Made by a program: the position numbers and the translations under genes. The notes beneath the pieces are model-generated. The model was not told where the DNA came from. It saw only the letters and a list, made by a program, of their open reading frames with translations, and ran no database searches. Positions 28,358 to 38,759 of a stretch of 64,000 nucleotides of DNA are shown here, one piece after another; position 1 is the stretch's first letter, and every line of letters begins with the position of its first letter. This DNA comes from Gemmatimonadales bacterium. GTDB lineage: Bacteria > Gemmatimonadota > Gemmatimonadetes > Gemmatimonadales > GWC2-71-9. Where the stretch lies: positions 128,001-192,000 of the forward strand of contig JBBCJC010000003.1 in NCBI GenBank assembly GCA_037189525.1, read 5' to 3'.

Positions 28358-29803
28358 CTACAGTTTGATACAGACGTTCTTGGGCTCGGTAAAGAACCGG
28401 ATCGCTTCGTCGCCGCCTTCGCGCCCGACGCCGCTGTGCCGCATCCCGCCAAAGGGGACGCGCAGATCGCGCAGCAGCCAGGTGTTGACCCAAATCGTTC
28501 CGCACTGCACCTCTTCGGCCAGTCGGTGCGCACGGGAGAGGGACTCGGTCCAGACCGAGGCCGCCAGGCCGTAGCTCGACTGGTTGGCGAGCGCGATGGC
28601 TTCGTCGTCGTCCTGGAACGGCGTAATGGTTACTACCGGGCCGAAGATCTCTTCCTGATTGGTGCGGCACTCCATCCCGAGTCCGGTGATTACGGTCGGT
28701 GCGATGAAGAAGCCGTCGCGGCAGCGGTCGGGCAGATTGGCCGGAGCGCCGCCTCCGCAGACGACGGTGCCGCCTTCGTCCCGCGCCAGCGCGATGTACC
28801 CCGCGACTTTGTCGCGATGCCCCGCGCTCACCAGCGCGCCGAACTCGGTCTTGGGGTCGAGCGGGTCGCCCACCCGGAGCGCCGACGCCGCGGCGGCAAA
28901 GCGTTCGACGAACTCCGGGTAAATCGAGGTCTCCACCAGCAATCGGGAACCGCAGAGACAGATCTCGCCCTGGTTCGCGAAGGCGGAACGGACGATGCTC
29001 GGCAGGTGACGATCGAGATCGGTGTCGCCGAAGATGATGGTCGGATTCTTCCCGCCCAGTTCGAGCGTGAGCTTCTTGAACAGGGGTGCGGCGGTTCGGG
29101 CAATGGCCGCGCCGGTGGTCGTTCCGCCCGTGAAGGAGATGGTGCGGATGTCGGGATGACTCACCAGCGCAGCGCCGGTGCTGGCGCCCAGTCCGTGCAC
29201 GATGTTGAGCACGCCCGGGGGCAGGCCCGCGTCTCGGCAGATCTCGGCCAGGATCGTCGCGGTGGTCGGGGTCAGCTCCGAGGGCTTGGCCACCGCGGTG
29301 TTTCCGGTGGCAATGGCCGGGGCAATTTTCCACGACAACAGATAGAGCGGCAGGTTCCACGGCGAGATCAGCCCGGCGACACCGCGCGCGCGCCGCAACG
29401 TGTAGTTGAGGGCGCTGTAATCGGTGGCGTGACTCTCCGACGCCTGGTGCAGAATCGCGGTCGCAAAGAAGCGGAAGTTGGCGGCGGCCCGCGGAATGTC
29501 CAGTTCGCGCGCGAGGGTGATCGGCTTGCCGGTGTCGACGGATTCGGCGTGCGCCAGTTCGTCCAGGCGCGAATCGATGCCGCTCGCAATGGCGAGCAAC
29601 AGCCGGGCGCGCTCGGCGGCCGGAGTGCGAGACCACGCGGGAAATGCGGCCTTCGCCGCCGAGGCCGCCGCCGCGACGTCACTGGCGTCGCTGTCCGGCA
29701 CCTGCCCGACTGCGCGACCGACCGCGGGGTCGAGGTTGGGGAGATACCGTCCGCCGCTCGGTGCGATCAGCTCGCCGCCGATGTAGTTCTGCAGGGTCCG
29801 CAC
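28358..29803 (-). CDS. 2-aminomuconate semialdehyde dehydrogenase (ALDH8-like)
   Basis: ISPWNLPLYLLSWK, FTGGT, LELGGKN, NQGEICLCGSR and EEIFGPV; GTG start at 29803. Confidence 0.9.
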   Translation of the reverse strand: MRTLQNYIGGELIAPSGGRYLPNLDPAVGRAVGQVPDSDASDVAAAASAAKAAFPAWSRTPAAERARLLLAIASGIDSRLDELAHAESVDTGKPITLARELDIPRAAANFRFFATAILHQASESHATDYSALNYTLRRARGVAGLISPWNLPLYLLSWKIAPAIATGNTAVAKPSELTPTTATILAEICRDAGLPPGVLNIVHGLGASTGAALVSHPDIRTISFTGGTTTGAAIARTAAPLFKKLTLELGGKNPTIIFGDTDLDRHLPSIVRSAFANQGEICLCGSRLLVETSIYPEFVERFAAAASALRVGDPLDPKTEFGALVSAGHRDKVAGYIALARDEGGTVVCGGGAPANLPDRCRDGFFIAPTVITGLGMECRTNQEEIFGPVVTITPFQDDDEAIALANQSSYGLAASVWTESLSRAHRLAEEVQCGTIWVNTWLLRDLRVPFGGMRHSGVGREGGDEAIRFFTEPKNVCIKL

Positions 29804-29826
29804 GTTCGACTGCCTTTCGTGCCCGG

Positions 29827-30612
29827 CTAGAGTGCCGTGGTGCGGCCGCCGTCGACGGCCAGACTCACGCCGGTAATGTAGCTTGCGGCCGGGCTGGCTA
29901 GGAATGCGACGGCCGCGGCAATCTCCTCCGGCCGTCCCACGCGTCCCAGCGGGATTTCGTGGACCATCTCGGCTTCGATCGTTTCGGCGCTCTGTCCGGT
30001 CGCGGCTGCTTTGGCGGCGAGGATGGCGTCGAGCCGTCCGGTCCGGGTGGCGCCGGGCAACACGTTGTTGACGGTAATCCCGAACGGCCCGACTTCGCCC
30101 GCCAGCGTCTTTGCCCAGCTGGCGACTGCGCCCCGCGTCGTGTTGGATACGCCCAGCCCCTTGATCGGCTGCCGGACCGAGGTCGACACCACGTTGACGA
30201 TCCGCCCCCAACGCGCGCCCTTCATGCCGGGCAGGACCGCCTGAACCAGCCGGTGGCTCACCAGCAGGTGACTGTGAAACGCCGCGAGAAAGGCTTGCGA
30301 GGTCGCCTCGGTGATCGGCCCTGCGGGAGGACCGCCGCCGTTATTGATCAGGATGTCGATCGGTCCGTGGCGCTCGATCCAGGATGCCACTGATATATAG
30401 GTGGCCTCGGGATCGAAAAAATCGGCGACGAGCGTCGCGTGTTCCTGGCCGGGGTTCACGCGCGCCAGGGTTTGGACGGCCTGATCGAGTCGAGTCTGGT
30501 CGCGCGCGACGAGCAGCAGGTTGGCGCCGCGCGCGGCGAGCGCTTGGGCGGATGCGAGACCGATGCCCTGACTGGCGCCGGCGACCAGCGCGCGTTTCCC
30601 GGAAAGTTCCAT
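29827..30612 (-). CDS. SDR family oxidoreductase
   Basis: GASQGIG, NNGGGP, atypical SNTTR in place of YxxxK, and YITG..VDGG. Confidence 0.9.
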   Translation of the reverse strand: MELSGKRALVAGASQGIGLASAQALAARGANLLLVARDQTRLDQAVQTLARVNPGQEHATLVADFFDPEATYISVASWIERHGPIDILINNGGGPPAGPITEATSQAFLAAFHSHLLVSHRLVQAVLPGMKGARWGRIVNVVSTSVRQPIKGLGVSNTTRGAVASWAKTLAGEVGPFGITVNNVLPGATRTGRLDAILAAKAAATGQSAETIEAEMVHEIPLGRVGRPEEIAAAVAFLASPAASYITGVSLAVDGGRTTAL

Positions 30613-30723
30613 TGCGTAACAGCGCCTGATGATAAGGATCGGTTAGGACTGCACGTCAGCGGGTTTGCGGATGTGTTCGTCACGACTGGAACTTGCGGAC
30701 CCGGGGACGACCCCCTAATCTAT

Positions 30724-30750
30724 AAAATTGTATCCCAATTCTGTATCCAA
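30724..30750. promoter_or_regulatory. Putative operator, copy 1 (AAAATTGTATCC and TGTATCCAA)
   Basis: The same motif recurs upstream of all three SusC genes. This copy lies in the divergent SDR/SusC intergenic region, just downstream of TTGCGG-17-TAATCT. Confidence 0.6.
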
Positions 30751-31129
30751 GCTCGGAGTGTCCGCGGTATTCGTGCCGCGCGTGTCATCGTGTGTCGTTC
30801 AGACTGTGTGTAACTGACACGAACGGTGTCGCTTCGGATTCGGAATGTAGTGAATCTCCCTGGGACATGTGTGGAAGGCGGTTGCGGTACGTTCGTTGCT
30901 TTGAAGACGCGCCGACTTTCACAGGTACATACAGTGCATCCTCGGACGCGGCCATGTCGCGTTTACGATCGGCTGCAGTCGGCATCGGCGCTGTCGTAAC
31001 GGTTCGAGGGTTTCAGGAAGGGGCAAGGCAGCAGCGGACGGGTTGATCGCGGCGTCCTTGCCGGCAGTACGCAGTGGCCAGGCCAGGTGTTCTACGCTAA
31101 ACAGAGTCCCTCAACGTCGAGGCAAGTCT

Positions 31130-34100
31130 ATGCGCGCTCCCGTCCGTTCATGGGTTCGCACCATCTTGCTGCTGCTTGCAAGTGCCGCCGGTCCAGCCGC
31201 GGCCATGGCGCAGCAGTCTGCCGTTACCGGCACGGTCAAGGATGAGGCAACCGGACAACCGCTGTCCGGCGCCCGCATCCAGGCGACGACCCAACAGGTC
31301 TTCGCGATCACGAACCAGCAGGGGCAGTACACCCTGCGTGGATTGACGGCTGGCGCGCATACGCTGCGCATCTTCCTCGTCGGCTATGCCTCGCAGACCC
31401 GTTCGATCACGGTCGGCGCCGAATCGCAGACGCTCGACTGGGGTTTGCGGGCGGTGCCGTTCCAGCTCGAAGACATCGTCACGACGGCCACCGGCGATCA
31501 GCAGTCGCGCGAGCTCGGCAACTCCGTCTCGAAGATTCAGACGGCCCAGCTGGTCGAAACGGCGCCCACCACGAATCTGTCTCAGGTGTTGAGCGGACGG
31601 GTGGCCGGCGTCAGCGTGCTGCAGAGCAGCGGAACCAGCGGCGCGGGCGCCCGCGTCCGGGTGCGCGGTCTCAGCTCGGTCTCGCTCTCGAATGATCCGC
31701 TCTTGTATATCGACGGCATCCGCGTCGCGGCCGACGCTCCGGCCGGATCGTTCGTCGGCGGCACCTCGGTTTCGAAGCTCAACGACCTCAATCCGGAAGA
31801 GATCGAGAGCATCGAGATCGTGAAGGGGCCCTCCGCCGCGACGCTGTACGGTACCCAGGCGGCCAACGGCGTGATCCGGGTGACCACGAAGCGCGGTCGC
31901 GCCGGCGCGCCGCAGTGGAACGCCTGGCTCGAGGGCGGCGTTTTGAAGGATACGTACACCTATCCGAAGGTGTACTTCAATGCGTCGCAGGCCGACGCGG
32001 ATGACGACTGCCTGACCTGGCAGGAGAAGGCCAATCTGTGCCAGGTTGCGCAGCGCCATGAACTCGATCTGCTCAACGATCCGTCGACCTCGCCGTTCAC
32101 CACCGGGTTTCGGCAGCAGGCCGGCGTGAGTCTCTCCGGCGGTTCCGAGGCCATCCGCTACTTCGTCTCGGCGGAGCAGGAAAGCGAAACCGGCGTGCTC
32201 AAGCTTGGCAACGTCGAGGCCGACTTTGCCGTCGGTCTGCGTGGGTTGGCAAATCGGAGCGATTTGCCGACCGAGCAGGTCCGTCCGAATCACTTCGACA
32301 AGTACAATTTCCGGGTCAACCTGAACGCGAGTCCGCGGAGCAACCTGGACGTCGCGCTGTCGTCGGGGTATGTGATCAACAACATCCGTCTCCCGCAGAC
32401 GGGCGACAACTTCCAGTCGATGATCGGGTCTGCGCTCTTCGGCTCGGCCAACCCGGCCATCGTGGCTCAGACGGGCGGGTACGGGTTCTCGCGTCCCGCG
32501 TATGCGATCGGCGAAGAGAGCTACCGGAAGAACGACCACTTCATCAACTCTGTGGTGCTCAACTGGCGCCCGGTCTCGTGGCTTTCGACGCGCGGCACCT
32601 TCGGGATCGACTACCTCAACTACGTCGACGAGCAGAACGTGCTGGCCGGGCAGGGCTGCCTCACCTGCGGCACCGAGAACCAGGGCAAGCGGATGTTCAA
32701 CCGGTTCATCGATACCAAGTACACGATGGACCTGAACGCCACGGCCCAGTGGGCATTGAGCTCGCAGATCGGCTCCAAGACGTCCGTGGGTCTGCAGTTC
32801 AACCGCGACAAGCTCTTCGGGGTGCAGGCCCAGGCCGACATCCTGCCGCCAGGCATCATCTCGCTCTCGGCCGGCGCGCAGAAGACGCTGACCGAGCTCA
32901 CGGTGGACGTCATTACCCTCGGCTCGTACATCGAACAGCAGTTCGGCTTCAATGATCGGTTGTTCGTGACCGGCGCCCTCCGTATCGATGACAACAGCGC
33001 GTTCGGTCAGGCCTCCCGGTCGGCGTACTATCCCAAGGTGTCCGCGTCCTGGGTGGCGCTGGATGGCGCATCCGGATTCGTCAACAACATCCGGTTCCGG
33101 GGCGCCTACGGCGCGACCGGTCAGTCGCCGCGGCCGCTCGACGCGCTGGTCTATCAGCTGCCGGTTGCGGCCAGCATCTTCGGATCGGCCTCGCTGCCTG
33201 GCGTGACGCTGGGCGGGCTCGGTGATCCCAGCTTGAAGCCGGAACGTTCTCGCGAGATCGAGGCGGGCTTCGACATCGGCCTGCTCGACAGCCGCTTGAA
33301 CCTGGAAGTCACGCTCTACGACAAGAAGACCACCGACGCGATGGTGCTGCGGACTCAGCCCTACTCCTTGGGTGACGTCGGCCAGCGCCTCGAGAACGTC
33401 GGCATCGTGAGCAACAAGGGCATCGAGGTGTCGGTCAACACGCGTGTCATCGACTCCCGCAGCCTCACCTGGGATCTGCAGCTCGAGGCCGCTGGCAACA
33501 AGAACCGCCTGGTGGAACTGGCCGAAGGCGTGCCGCCGATCACCGGCTTCGGATTCCAGAACATTCCGGACTATCCGATGTTCGGACTCTGGTGGCCGGC
33601 GCTGGAGAGCTTCTCCGACGCCAACAACGATGGCGCGATCAGCCCGGACGAAGTCGTGGTGGGGTCGGATCTGGCCTTCCACGGATCCACGGTGCCGACG
33701 CGGACCCTGGCGGTCAATCAGAGCCTGGGCCTGTTCAATAACAAGCTTCGGATCGGTGCGCAGCTCGACTACCGGGGCGGCTTCGTGACGCACAACGTCA
33801 ACAACCTTTTCCAGTGCGCCTTCCAGGTCAATTGCCGTGAGCTGCATGACCCGAATGCGACGCTGGCGGAGCAGGCGGCGGCGGTCGCGGGTGCGCGCGC
33901 CTTCGGTGCGTATGCCCAGAACGGCGAGCACATTCGGCTCCGGGAAGCGTCGGTGACGTACACGCTCTCGAGCGCCTTCGCGCGCTCCTTCGGAGCCAAG
34001 GCGGCCAACGTCACGTTGACCGGCCGTAACCTCTGGCTCAAGAAGTACGGGTTCACGAGTTGGGATCCGGAAAACGTGACGCAATCCAACGATGCGGCGA

Positions 34101-34165
34101 ACTACAACTTCTCGGTGCAGCCTCAGCCGGTGGTTGGCATCCTGCGCGTCAACCTGACTTTCTGA
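31130..34165 (+). CDS. SusC/RagA family TonB-dependent transporter 1
   Basis: Signal peptide, carboxypeptidase-regulatory-like N-domain, plug motif PLLYIDG..LNPEEIESIEIVKGPSAATLYGTQAANGVI, LKPERS.E.E.G and a C-terminal Phe. Confidence 0.95.
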   Translation: MRAPVRSWVRTILLLLASAAGPAAAMAQQSAVTGTVKDEATGQPLSGARIQATTQQVFAITNQQGQYTLRGLTAGAHTLRIFLVGYASQTRSITVGAESQTLDWGLRAVPFQLEDIVTTATGDQQSRELGNSVSKIQTAQLVETAPTTNLSQVLSGRVAGVSVLQSSGTSGAGARVRVRGLSSVSLSNDPLLYIDGIRVAADAPAGSFVGGTSVSKLNDLNPEEIESIEIVKGPSAATLYGTQAANGVIRVTTKRGRAGAPQWNAWLEGGVLKDTYTYPKVYFNASQADADDDCLTWQEKANLCQVAQRHELDLLNDPSTSPFTTGFRQQAGVSLSGGSEAIRYFVSAEQESETGVLKLGNVEADFAVGLRGLANRSDLPTEQVRPNHFDKYNFRVNLNASPRSNLDVALSSGYVINNIRLPQTGDNFQSMIGSALFGSANPAIVAQTGGYGFSRPAYAIGEESYRKNDHFINSVVLNWRPVSWLSTRGTFGIDYLNYVDEQNVLAGQGCLTCGTENQGKRMFNRFIDTKYTMDLNATAQWALSSQIGSKTSVGLQFNRDKLFGVQAQADILPPGIISLSAGAQKTLTELTVDVITLGSYIEQQFGFNDRLFVTGALRIDDNSAFGQASRSAYYPKVSASWVALDGASGFVNNIRFRGAYGATGQSPRPLDALVYQLPVAASIFGSASLPGVTLGGLGDPSLKPERSREIEAGFDIGLLDSRLNLEVTLYDKKTTDAMVLRTQPYSLGDVGQRLENVGIVSNKGIEVSVNTRVIDSRSLTWDLQLEAAGNKNRLVELAEGVPPITGFGFQNIPDYPMFGLWWPALESFSDANNDGAISPDEVVVGSDLAFHGSTVPTRTLAVNQSLGLFNNKLRIGAQLDYRGGFVTHNVNNLFQCAFQVNCRELHDPNATLAEQAAAVAGARAFGAYAQNGEHIRLREASVTYTLSSAFARSFGAKAANVTLTGRNLWLKKYGFTSWDPENVTQSNDAANYNFSVQPQPVVGILRVNLTF

Positions 34166-34191
34166 TGACTCCGGCTCAAAAGGAAACTTCT

Positions 34192-35526
34192 ATGACGAAT
34201 TCGTCCCCGAGCTGGGCCCGTGCCGCGAGAACGTCGCTGCTCGTCGTCGGTATGCTGGCCGCGTGCTCCAAAAATGATATTCTGACCCCCGATACGCCGG
34301 ATGTGGTTCCTCCGGGGCTCTTGCCGAGCACGCCGGAGGGTCTGACCGCGCTGCACGCGGGCGCCGTTTCGGACTTGGTCGTGGCATCGACCGGTGCGAC
34401 GGGTGTGGTGATTTATTCCGGACTGTTCACCGATGAGCTGATGCACGCCAGCACGCCTCCGGCCGTGCGGGAGTGGGATCTGCGCTCGGTACTGAATACC
34501 AACACGGTGGCCACCGCCACCAACACCAACAACCCGTTGTCGCCGGGAGGTCCGTTCCTTGGTCTCCAGAGGGCGCGGGCGGCTCTCGAGGCCGCGGCCG
34601 TCCTGCTGCCCGCCACCGACCCCCGGAAGGGTGAGCTGCACGCGTTGGCCGGTTTGAGCTACATCTTCCTGGGCGAACTCTGGTGCTCGGGAACGCCGGT
34701 CTCGAATCGCGAGCCGCTGGAGTTGGGGGCGCCGCTCAGCACCACGGAGCTCTTCAACCGGAGTCTCACGCATCTCACCAGCGCGGCTGCGAGCACCGGC
34801 GGCGACGCGCGCATCACGCACCTGACCGCGGTCCTCCGGGGCCGGACCCTTCTGAATCTGGGCCAGTACGCCGCGGCGGGCACGGCTGTCGCTGGGGTGC
34901 CGACGGAATACTCGTATGAGTTCGTCCATGCGATTCCTCCGGGCCGGCAGACCAACGAGATCCAGCTCAATACGGCGAGCGACATCTACTCGGTCCCGGA
35001 CCGCGAAGGCACCAACGGTCTCAACTTCGCGAGCGCAGCCGATCCGCGGGTGCCCGTCCGGAGCACCGGTCCATCGCGCAACGATGGTGTGACGCCGATG
35101 GTCGTCGCGATGAAGTACCCGACCCGCGCCTCGGCCGTTGCGATGGTGACCGGCGTCGAAGCGCGGATGATCGAGGCGGAGGCCGCCCTTCGGGCCGGGT
35201 CTCCCGTGACCTGGCTCCAGAAGCTGAACGACGCGCGTGCCACGGTGGACGGTCTCGATCCGCTTACCGATCCCGGCAGCGAGACCGCCCGGGTCGACCT
35301 GATGTTCCGCGAGCGGGCCTTCTGGTTCTATCTGACGGCGCATCGTCTCGGCGATCTCCGCCGCCTGGTGCGCCAGTATGGCCGGGGCATCGAGTCGGTC
35401 TATCCGACCGGTGCGTACCACAAGCAGGGCCTGACGCGCGGAACGCAGGCCACGCTGATCGTGCCGCAGACGGAAGAGAACAATCCGAACTTCGACGCGG
35501 CTGCGTGCCTGGTCAATCAGGCTTGA
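34192..35526 (+). CDS. SusD/RagB family lipoprotein 1
   Basis: Lipobox LAAC, EARMIEAEA and ERAFWFYLTAHRLGDLRR; directly follows SusC. Confidence 0.9.
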   Translation: MTNSSPSWARAARTSLLVVGMLAACSKNDILTPDTPDVVPPGLLPSTPEGLTALHAGAVSDLVVASTGATGVVIYSGLFTDELMHASTPPAVREWDLRSVLNTNTVATATNTNNPLSPGGPFLGLQRARAALEAAAVLLPATDPRKGELHALAGLSYIFLGELWCSGTPVSNREPLELGAPLSTTELFNRSLTHLTSAAASTGGDARITHLTAVLRGRTLLNLGQYAAAGTAVAGVPTEYSYEFVHAIPPGRQTNEIQLNTASDIYSVPDREGTNGLNFASAADPRVPVRSTGPSRNDGVTPMVVAMKYPTRASAVAMVTGVEARMIEAEAALRAGSPVTWLQKLNDARATVDGLDPLTDPGSETARVDLMFRERAFWFYLTAHRLGDLRRLVRQYGRGIESVYPTGAYHKQGLTRGTQATLIVPQTEENNPNFDAAACLVNQA

Positions 35527-35723
35527 TGCTTTGAGATTTGGGCACGGGGGCGGCGAGGAATCCATCGCCGCTCCCGCGTCCTTTTCCGGCGGGTGTCCGA
35601 GTCGGTGTTACTCCCGGACAGAAGCTGCGCGGCAGGCGGATGCTGCCAGCGTGCGCGCTTCGGAGTCCGGATGGTGAATCTGATGGGAATGTGGAGGAAT
35701 ACGTAATGGTCAGGAGTGGGTCG

Positions 35724-36926
35724 ATGCGACGTATCCGCTGTCTGGTGGCCCTGGGATTGGCGATGCCGGTGTTGGCATCGGCGCAGACCGGTGAAACGAT
35801 TCTGGTCCGTGGGGGCACGATTCACACCGCGGCGGGCGCCCCGATTCGTAACGGCAGCGTTCTGATTCGCGACGGCAAGATCGTGGCAATCGGGACCAAC
35901 GTGTCGGCGCCGAGCGGTGCGCGGATCGTCGATGCCTCGGGCAAGGTCGTGGTGCCGGGAATGATCGACAATCATTCGCACATCGGCGCGAAGGTGTCCG
36001 ACCTGAACGACTCCCCGATGCTGATTGGTCCGCAGCATCGGTTCCTCGACGTGCTCGACTGGAACGATTCGGAGTTTGCCAATGCGGTGTCGGGCGGTGT
36101 CACCACCATCGTGACCGGACCGGGCAGCGGCGAGAACGTGAGCGGCATGGCGGTCGTCATCAAGACGTTCGGTGAGGACCTGGCCAAACGGATGCTGCTC
36201 GAGAAGGGCGGGATGAAGTTCGCGATGGGACCGAAGGGCCGGGATCGGTATCCCGGGACCGGGATGGGGGTCGCGGCCAATCTGCGGCAATATCTGATCA
36301 AGACGCAGGAGTACCTGGCGGGCCAGAAGAAGTGGGTCGACGATGGCCGCAAAGGCAATCCTCCCGCGCGCGACCTGGCCTACGAGGGGATGGGGCTGGT
36401 TCTCGATCGCACCACCTATGTCCGGTCGCATGTTCATTCAGCCACCGATGTCGCGACCATTCTCCGGCTCAAGGATGAGTTCGGGTTCGACCTGACCCTC
36501 CATCATTCGACCGAGGCGTACAAGCTCGCGCCCGAGTTGGCCAGGCGGAATGTCTCCGCCGTGGTGCTGCCGCTCGGCCCGCGGATCGGCGTGACGGACG
36601 ACGCGCTGAACGGGATCTACGAGTTGTGGAAGGCCGGCGTCAAAATCGCGATGCACACCGATGCGCCGGTGATCAATCAGAAGTGGCTCCGGCTCTGCGC
36701 AGCCATCGCGATGCGGTACGGCATCCCCGAAGACGAAGCGCTCAAGATGGTGACCCTCAATGCGGCCGAGATTGCCCGGGTGGGTGATCGGGTCGGCAGT
36801 CTGGAAGTCGGCAAGGACGGCGACCTCGTGATCATGAACGGGCCGTGGTACGAGCCGGCCTCGCGGATCGATCTGGTCGTCGGCGACGGACGGGTCATCT
36901 ACGATCGCAGCGCGGAGGGCAAGTAA
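35724..36926 (+). CDS. Exported metal-dependent amidohydrolase (metal ligands intact)
   Basis: AGGAG RBS, signal peptide, VPGMIDNHSH, RSHVH, LHH, HTDAP and GSLEVGKDGD. Confidence 0.88.
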   Translation: MRRIRCLVALGLAMPVLASAQTGETILVRGGTIHTAAGAPIRNGSVLIRDGKIVAIGTNVSAPSGARIVDASGKVVVPGMIDNHSHIGAKVSDLNDSPMLIGPQHRFLDVLDWNDSEFANAVSGGVTTIVTGPGSGENVSGMAVVIKTFGEDLAKRMLLEKGGMKFAMGPKGRDRYPGTGMGVAANLRQYLIKTQEYLAGQKKWVDDGRKGNPPARDLAYEGMGLVLDRTTYVRSHVHSATDVATILRLKDEFGFDLTLHHSTEAYKLAPELARRNVSAVVLPLGPRIGVTDDALNGIYELWKAGVKIAMHTDAPVINQKWLRLCAAIAMRYGIPEDEALKMVTLNAAEIARVGDRVGSLEVGKDGDLVIMNGPWYEPASRIDLVVGDGRVIYDRSAEGK

Positions 36927-36928
36927 CC

Positions 36929-38206
36929 GTGAAGACCATGACAGTGAAAATGCTGGGTGGCGCGGCGGTCGCGGCGGTGCTGATCGTCGGGCATGCCGGT
37001 GCGCAGGAACGGCCGGTGGCCATCCGTGGCGGCACCGTGGTACCGGTGAGCGGCCCCAATATTCCCAACGGAACGGTCGTGCTTCACCGCGGCAAGATCG
37101 TGGCGGTCGGCGCCAATGTGACCGTGCCGTCCGGTGCGCAGATCGTCGACGCCAAGGGGCAGTACGTGTTGCCGGGCCTGGTCGACGCGATGTCGAATCT
37201 CGGCTTCGACGGCGGCGATCTCAACGAGATGGGCGACCCGATGACTCCGCAGAATCGGGCCTGGGAAGGGTACAACCCGTTCGGCACGTTCGGAGCGGGG
37301 CAGCGGCAGCCGCTCCGGAACCGTGAAGCGCTGTCGGGCGGGGTGACGACGATGTACATCGCGCCGGCGGATGCGCAGCTGATCGGCGGGCAGGGCGCCG
37401 TGGTCAAGACGGCGGCAGCCATGCACGACAGCCTGCGGGTGCGCGAGCCGGCGGCCATGGACATGACGCTGGGCACGCCGCCCAAGACGGTGGCGCGGGC
37501 GCGGAATCGGGCGCCGTACACCCGGATGTCGGAAGTGGCGATGATCCGGCAGATCCTGGTCCGGGCGCAGGAGTATCAGCGCAACAAGGAGCAGAACCCG
37601 TCGTTGCCGAAGGATCTCGGTCTCGAGGCACTCGGCCGGTTGCTTCGTAAAGAGATGCCGGCACGCATCCAGGCAAACAGCCCGACGGATATTCGCGCCG
37701 CGCTCCGTTTGGCGGAGGAGTTCGGGATCGACGTGGTGATCGACGGCGGGGCGGGCGCGCTCGAGGTCAAGGCAGAGCTGGCGTCGCGCAAGGTCCCCGT
37801 GGTGCTGGGACAGGTGTCGCATCCGTACGTGAGCAACGAGGAAATTCCGGATAAGACGGACTATCCTGAGCCGGACGAAGCGCTGGCTGCCAAGCTGACC
37901 GAGGCCGGTGTCACGACGGCCTTCGGAACCTTCTCGCGCGCCTTCGGGACCCTGGCGCCGGCGGGAACGGGCAAGTGGCTGCTGATGGATGCGGGAATCG
38001 CAGTCGGGTACGGGTTGACGGAAGCGCAGGTTCTGCGCGGCGTGACGTTGACCCCGGCGGAAATTCTCGGCGTGGCGGATCGGGTCGGCTCGCTCGAGGC
38101 GGGCAAGGATGCGGACGTGATCCTGCTCGACGGGCCGCCGCTCAGTGTGAAGACCTGGGTGCGAAAGGCCTATGTCGGCGGTGAGCTCGTCTACGACAAG
38201 CCCTGA
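36929..38206 (+). CDS. Exported amidohydrolase-family protein lacking the canonical metal ligands
   Basis: Signal peptide, LPGLVDAMSN in place of HxH, and GSLEAGKDAD; starts 2 bp after its paralogue. Confidence 0.85.
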   Translation: MKTMTVKMLGGAAVAAVLIVGHAGAQERPVAIRGGTVVPVSGPNIPNGTVVLHRGKIVAVGANVTVPSGAQIVDAKGQYVLPGLVDAMSNLGFDGGDLNEMGDPMTPQNRAWEGYNPFGTFGAGQRQPLRNREALSGGVTTMYIAPADAQLIGGQGAVVKTAAAMHDSLRVREPAAMDMTLGTPPKTVARARNRAPYTRMSEVAMIRQILVRAQEYQRNKEQNPSLPKDLGLEALGRLLRKEMPARIQANSPTDIRAALRLAEEFGIDVVIDGGAGALEVKAELASRKVPVVLGQVSHPYVSNEEIPDKTDYPEPDEALAAKLTEAGVTTAFGTFSRAFGTLAPAGTGKWLLMDAGIAVGYGLTEAQVLRGVTLTPAEILGVADRVGSLEAGKDADVILLDGPPLSVKTWVRKAYVGGELVYDKP

Positions 38207-38400
38207 GTCGGGTACAGGGTTGCTTTTCGGGCGCAGGAGGGGCGCTGCGCCCGGGATGCCGGCGGTCTCTGCTCTGTCGAGGCTTCTTTGGTACGGACCA
38301 ATGAGCGCAATGGTTGCACCAATCAGGGCAGGTCGAGAGCTCATGGCAGGAAAAAGTCGACGAAAATGCCAGTTGCCTCTTGCCTCAAAACAGAATGTTC

Positions 38401-38415
38401 ACAAAATTGTATCCA
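38401..38415. promoter_or_regulatory. Putative operator, copy 2 (ACAAAATTGTATCCA)
   Basis: Lies about 345 bp upstream of SusC-2; a related inverted site TTGATACAAT is at 38501-38510. Confidence 0.6.
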
Positions 38416-38759
38416 CTTCGATGCAATCTCTCAGCATCGGTTCCTGCTCTTCGTTGCGATGGCGTATCGCTCGGGAATGCCAGGTGGCATAGTCGATCGA
38501 TTGATACAATGACCTCCGGTACCGCCGGGCATTTTCCAATGCGTGCTCAGCAGGCTGGTCATGGTTGCAGTTCTAAACATCGAGTGCCCATCTTCGTGCC
38601 TGGTCAGGTCCAGAGGCCAAGGACAAAGTGATCTGAAGTAGTCCCCATTTTCGGCTCTTGTTTCGACCCGGCAGTCCCGCGGTCGTCGTATTGAGTAGTC
38701 ACAGTCAGTACTTGAGTTCGAGTCGTTCCTGTTCGTCACAATTCGGGAGGGTGGTGCTC

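Noticed and set aside
31148..34084. 978-aa minus-strand ORF, and similar long antisense ORFs at 39717-41084, 43763-45262, 34123-35565 and 36899-38344
   Set aside because: These are antisense shadows of well-supported genes, caused by high-GC codon bias. They have no recognisable motifs.
38207..38759. Small ORFs or a riboswitch in the SusC-2 leader
   Set aside because: There is no RBS-supported ORF with coding-like bias, and no cobalamin, TPP or SAM consensus was recognised.
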